Origin: Blepharisma stoltei ATCC 30299
Taxonomy: Eukaryota > Protista > Ciliophora
Direction: 5' to 3'
NCBI GenBank assembly: GCA_965603825.1
Contig: CBFDEM010000044.1
Span: 310,001-374,000 of the forward strand
Length of the DNA stretch: 64,000 bases
Positions 59,552 to 64,000 of the stretch are shown piece by piece. The notes below the pieces were generated by a model. The model saw only the letters and a list, made by a program, of their open reading frames with translations, was not told where the DNA came from and made no database searches. Positions within the stretch are counted from its first letter, which is position 1. Each line of letters starts with the position of its first letter. Made by a program: the position numbers and the translations under genes.

Positions 59552-61021
59552 ATGAGCTCTTTATTCTATTCAGCTGACCGCAGATCAAATCCAGGGAAAG
59601 TTTTTTGATCTCCATTTACTGATAGCATGATCCCTGATTTATCTCAAAATATGATCTACGCAGGGTCTCTTTTTGTCAATAATTCTACAGGCCACCTTAA
59701 AAAGCGCCGTTTCATTTTGACCAACATTGGACTTTACTATTGCCCAAGCGCTAAATCTCCTCCTAAGAAAATGTGTATAATTAGCTGAAAACTATTATCA
59801 GTTTTTACAGAAGAGAGTGAAAATGGACCTAGACATGGGTTTTCACTTTCTTCTGGCAAGGTGAGCCATGATTTTTATCCTATAACGCCGTTAAAGCTTC
59901 AGACTTGGGTAAAACATCTTTCAATATATGCAATTGCAACAAGATTGCAAGATCATTATTTAATAGTAAAAGAAGCAGGCCACGGCTCAACTTCAACGGT
60001 TTTTCTTGGGATTGAGAAAGAAACCCAGCAAAAATTTGCAATTAAATCAATTTCTAAAGAAATATTAGTTTTTAATAAAAGAGCTTTACCGGCTTTGATA
60101 AATGAAATTGAATTTATGAGAGTTTTATCTCATCCACGACTAGTGAAACTGCACAAAATTTATGAAGATGAGCAGCATGTCCATTTAATTCTAGACTACA
60201 TGGAGCATGGAGACTTATTTGCCAGACTTACAAGACGAGGCTCCTTCAGTGAAGAAACAGCCATTAAGTTTACCAAAAATCTTTTAGAAGTTATCGAATA
60301 CGTTCACTCAAAAAATATCATCCATAGAGATTTAAAACCCGAAAACATCTTAATGATGGACAAAGAAAATGACGTGGATTTCAAAATTGCAGACTTTGGC
60401 TTAGCCACTACTTCCAGCAAAGATTTAACTTCAAGATGTGGGTCGCCTGGATATGCTGCTCCAGAATTGTTATGGAAAACTCCATATGGATTTAAAGTTG
60501 ACATTTTCAGTATCGGGGTTATTTTATATGTTCTGCTTACAGGGAGAGCTCCTTTTTATGGAAGAAATGTCCAAGAGCTATTAGTAAATAATAGAGAATG
60601 CAATATTAATTTTTATGAAAAACATTGAAAGAATATTTCAGTAGAAGCTATGAATATTGTAGTAAAATTGACAGAAAAAGACCCAAATCTGCGATATACA
60701 GCAACTGAAGCTCTGGCTCATCCATGGTTTATTAAAAAAGAGAATAAAAAAAGGACATCAAAGCGCGCAACATCAAATGTGGTAAAAGATAATCTGAATT
60801 TCATCCCTCCTTATGGGCTATCTAGCACACAAAATTACAGCAATAACAGTCCTTCTTATGCATCTCATGCTGTTCTAAATGGAAGATTTAAAATAAATAG
60901 AAAAAGTACAGTAAAGGTCCTCATGGACCCAGTGAAGGAAGATAGTCCAAGAAGAAACTATCAAAATCGGAATTTATTTATAACACTGAGGAAACTGGAT
61001 CCCATTGAGACAAGAAAATAA
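59552..61021 (+). CDS. CAMK-group Ser/Thr kinase with a PH-like N-terminus
   Basis: ATG 59552. TGA 59606, 59786 and 60626 (W of HWKNIS). FAIK, HRDLKPEN, DFG, CGSPGYAAPE. Confidence 0.92.
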
Positions 61022-61041
61022 TTGTTTAAATTAAATCTAAA

Positions 61042-62340
61042 ATGGAAAGAGAGTACCTTGAGAAATGACTAAATGATATAGACAATTCGATTAAAGAAGA
61101 AGAGCAAGGATTAGAAAATCTACAAGAAGCTGCCTTATGGCCAGGGGCAAGCACACTGTCAGAAATAGAAAATGAGTCCCAAGGCTTCAGCCATTTCTCA
61201 GAAAGCATCACTTCAGATGTAAAATTACCAGTAGAAGAGCGGCTAACTTACTACAAAGCTAGATCTCTAAGATCAATTCAGCAAAAGCGGCAGCAGCAAG
61301 TACAAGAAGAAATGGACAACCTAAAAAATCCTTTGATTTCAAAAAGGTCGCAAAAATTGGCCTCAAGCAATAGAGATGGAAAAATTGAAGATAGATTAAT
61401 GCAGGAAGGGATAAAGCAAAAAATGCTGCAGATTAAAAAGGAAGCCCAGTTGTCGAAAGAGGCAAAAGTTCAGGCCAATCCAATAATAACTCCTTTAGCT
61501 GCAAGCTTAAAGCGGGAAGGAGACATTGTGGACAGACTTTTTGAATACCAAAAAATATATCAAGAAAAATTAGAAAATAAAAAAAATGATTCCCCAAAAG
61601 ACTCCAAAGGCATCCCAAAAATAAATAAAATCAATGGGATTGAAAGCAAATATATGAAGCCGAATTCCCCAAAAACAGTCTACGTGGAAACATTTTCATA
61701 TAAACCCGAAGTCAATAAAAAATCAGAAATCCTGGCTTCAAAGTTAGGAGACCCTAAAGACAGGCTCCTGCAAAAGCCAAAGGAAAAAAATCTTGAGGAC
61801 TCTGAGTATACATTTAAGCCATCTATAAATAGAAGAGAAAATGACCCAAATAAAATTGAATGATGGGAGTCATTATATCAGCATGGCCAGTTTATAAAAG
61901 AAAAAAGAGAAAGAACAAAGGAAGAAATGGATAAAATTAGAGAAGAAGACCCAAATTTGACCTTTAAACCGACTATAGTTACAAAAGGGCATAAGCAAGA
62001 AAGCAATGAAGAAAGGTTTAAAAGACTCGAAGCATGGAGTAAGCAAAAAGAGCAAAAAATAGAGGAAGCAAAAGCACAGAATTCAAATAAAGATTTAGAA
62101 GGCTGTACTTTTGCTCCAAAAATCAATAAAAGACTTTCATCGAGCAAGCCAAAAATCGAAACAAAAGGAGTTGATAAGTTTTTACAAAGGCAAGGATTAG
62201 CTAAAAAGAATAAAAATGAAAATGATTCACCAAAGAAGTATCAAACTGAGACCCGTAATGAAGATATTTCGGCGGCTGAATTTGAAAATGCGATGAAAGC
62301 TCTTCATGATGAGCTACATTCAATTAATTTAAATATGTAA
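61042..62340 (+). CDS. Hypothetical protein with repeated TFxPxI(N) motifs, probably cytoskeletal
   Basis: One frame through TGA 61066 and 61861. Repeats FSYKPEVN, YTFKPSIN, LTFKPTIV, CTFAPKIN. Confidence 0.8.
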
Positions 62341-62822
62341 CTCAAGACTAAATAGAGAATTTGAGCTTTCTTATTGAATTAGTCATAAAAAATATAAATA
62401 AATAAAACTAGCAATAGTTAACTGTGCCTGCCAGCATTAATGAAAATTTATTAAGATGGCATGCTTAATCCATTTATTGTATAATTTATTAAATATCTTC
62501 TGAAAATTGAATCAAGGAATCATAGCTAAATCTATGAAATAATTATTACTTCTTATAAAGGATATTATAATGCTAATAGTTCCAAGTCTTTTTAAGTTCA
62601 GTAAATAAGATAATTCTAGTTACAACCTTTTAATAATTTTTATTCACAAATTCTGTGGCCAGAATTTTTTATTGCATAATCTATAAGAGGCAATGCACTT
62701 ATTAAATTGCAATGCTTTTTAGAATTTGGATGCATTTAATGTCTAAAAAATAGCAGCTTATGCTTTACGCATAAAGCTTTCCATTCTTCTCTTCTTTGAT
62801 TGTGGAAATATTTCTTAATAAA

Positions 62823-63941
62823 ATGGTCAAAAACACTTATGAAACCCTTGGCGATAGAGCTCCTAAACCTTGCGCCATAGGAGATGCTCATGGTGTTGCT
62901 ATGGCCTTCACAGAACCAGGCACAACAGTCACCCCATTCCCATTCCAACACCCAGAGCTCCTTGATAATGAAATTAGAATCCACGTCACTCATGCAGGGC
63001 TTTGCCATAGTGATATCTTTGTTTCAACTCTTGGTTGGGGAGAGAATGTAAACTTCCCTCTGGTTCCTGGACATGAAATCGTTGGAGTGGTTGAGAAAGT
63101 CGGTGAAAGAGTTTCTAGGTTCCATGTCGGCGACAGAGTTGGTTTTGGTGTTTGGAGAGAGTGCTGTGAGCAATATGAAAGCTGCAGAGAGTGCAGAAAT
63201 GGCTTTGATAATCTATGCCCTAAGGCAAAGCTTACCTATGATCCATACTTTGGAGGATATGCCACCTCATTCCAAGCTCACGCCAGCCACTTTTATAAAA
63301 TCTCAGACGATTTCCCAGGACAAGCAGCCCCACTTTTCTGTGCAGGATTGACCGTCTTTTCTCCTCTTAACACTCACATGAGAGCAGGCATGAAGGTCGG
63401 AGTTGTAGGAGTCGGAGGATTAGGACATCTTGGCCTCAAATTTGCGAGAGCTATGGGTGCTGAAGTCACTGCTATTTCCACAAATCCCCACAAAATAGAG
63501 GAAGCAAAATCATTCGGAGCTCACCACTTCTTGAACTCAAGAGACGAGCAACAAATGAAGGAAGCCGCCAACTCTTTTGACTTTATCCTAGATACTGCAA
63601 TCCAAATCAATATTGATCAAGACTGTAAGTTGATAAAACCAAGAGGGATATTAAATATCGTGGGTTTACCTGATGCTAGAGAGAATTTAAACTTCAACTT
63701 ATTTACGATTTTAGGCAAAAACATTAATTTGACTGCAAATCCTGTTGGCTCGAGATGGGAAGGAGACCAAATGCTTGAATTTTGTAGGGTGCATGATGTT
63801 TATCCTTTGGTTGAGGAGTATAAGTTTGCGGATTGTCAAGCTGCTGTTAATTCTTTGGCTCATGGAGTTCCTCATTATCCTAAGTTCAGAAATGTAATGG
63901 AAACTGCAAGCTTTATGGAAACTTTCACACCTAGCAAATAA
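62823..63941 (+). CDS. Zn-dependent alcohol dehydrogenase (cinnamyl-ADH-like, MDR family)
   Basis: GLCHSD, PGHEIVG, structural Zn Cys cluster, APLFCAG, GVGGLGH. Confidence 0.95.
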   Translation: MVKNTYETLGDRAPKPCAIGDAHGVAMAFTEPGTTVTPFPFQHPELLDNEIRIHVTHAGLCHSDIFVSTLGWGENVNFPLVPGHEIVGVVEKVGERVSRFHVGDRVGFGVWRECCEQYESCRECRNGFDNLCPKAKLTYDPYFGGYATSFQAHASHFYKISDDFPGQAAPLFCAGLTVFSPLNTHMRAGMKVGVVGVGGLGHLGLKFARAMGAEVTAISTNPHKIEEAKSFGAHHFLNSRDEQQMKEAANSFDFILDTAIQINIDQDCKLIKPRGILNIVGLPDARENLNFNLFTILGKNINLTANPVGSRWEGDQMLEFCRVHDVYPLVEEYKFADCQAAVNSLAHGVPHYPKFRNVMETASFMETFTPSK

Positions 63942-64000
63942 CCTTTAATTACTCAAATCAAATTAAAATCCTATTCATAAATATTGCAATTCCTTGGAAA

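Noticed and set aside
619-63351. Short antisense or overlapping ORFs in the track (e.g. 1503-1754, 9156-9404, 56322-56660, 63073-63351)
   Set aside because: They are shadows of real genes on the opposite strand or in another frame, with no motifs.
1-64000. Interpreting TGA-split ORFs as pseudogenes or selenoproteins
   Set aside because: The TGAs align with Trp, not Cys, frames are preserved in dozens of genes, and no SECIS was recognised.
1-64000. IESs interrupting intact genes, transposases, tRNA/rRNA genes, CRISPR arrays
   Set aside because: All intact genes are explained by TGA=Trp and 15-nt introns alone, consistent with macronuclear sequence. None of these elements was recognised by eye; a tRNAscan/Infernal run is needed to exclude RNA genes.

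Overview
Gene-dense, AT-rich eukaryotic DNA that reads as the somatic (macronuclear) genome of a heterotrich ciliate, most likely Blepharisma. The supplied ORF track is badly fragmented because it uses the wrong code. In-frame TGA codons (about 50 by manual count) fall on conserved Trp positions, only TAA/TAG terminate genes, and genes are interrupted by 13 introns that are all exactly 15 nt (GTA.....A..YAG, A at position 10). With TGA=Trp and these introns I rebuild about 40 genes. They include a Piwi C-terminus, two CDC50s, mevalonate kinase, a four-CNB PKG-like kinase, kinesin-3, a DnaJ, TAF11, three ZIP transporters, CFAP100-like, PP2C, CAF1, RING/C1, C2H2, S49 peptidase, PX protein, PLCXD, CDPK, three Rab-like GTPases, syntaxin, PLAC8, pentapeptide-WD40, an MBL hydrolase, VWA5A, a PDE, C2CD3, a CAMK and a Zn alcohol dehydrogenase, plus three decayed pseudogenes. 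The less expected observations are: gene-specific and 3'-end avoidance of UGA-Trp, probable pseudoenzymes (PKG with NFG, PLCXD lacking its histidines), a CAF1 with its own PAM2-like motif, unprenylated divergent Rabs, 0-21 bp intergenic spacers, a GC-rich intergenic hairpin, and a candidate CBP60/velvet-like transcription factor. No rRNA, tRNA, CRISPR array, telomere tract or intact transposon was recognised. All calls come from manual reading; no database searches were run.
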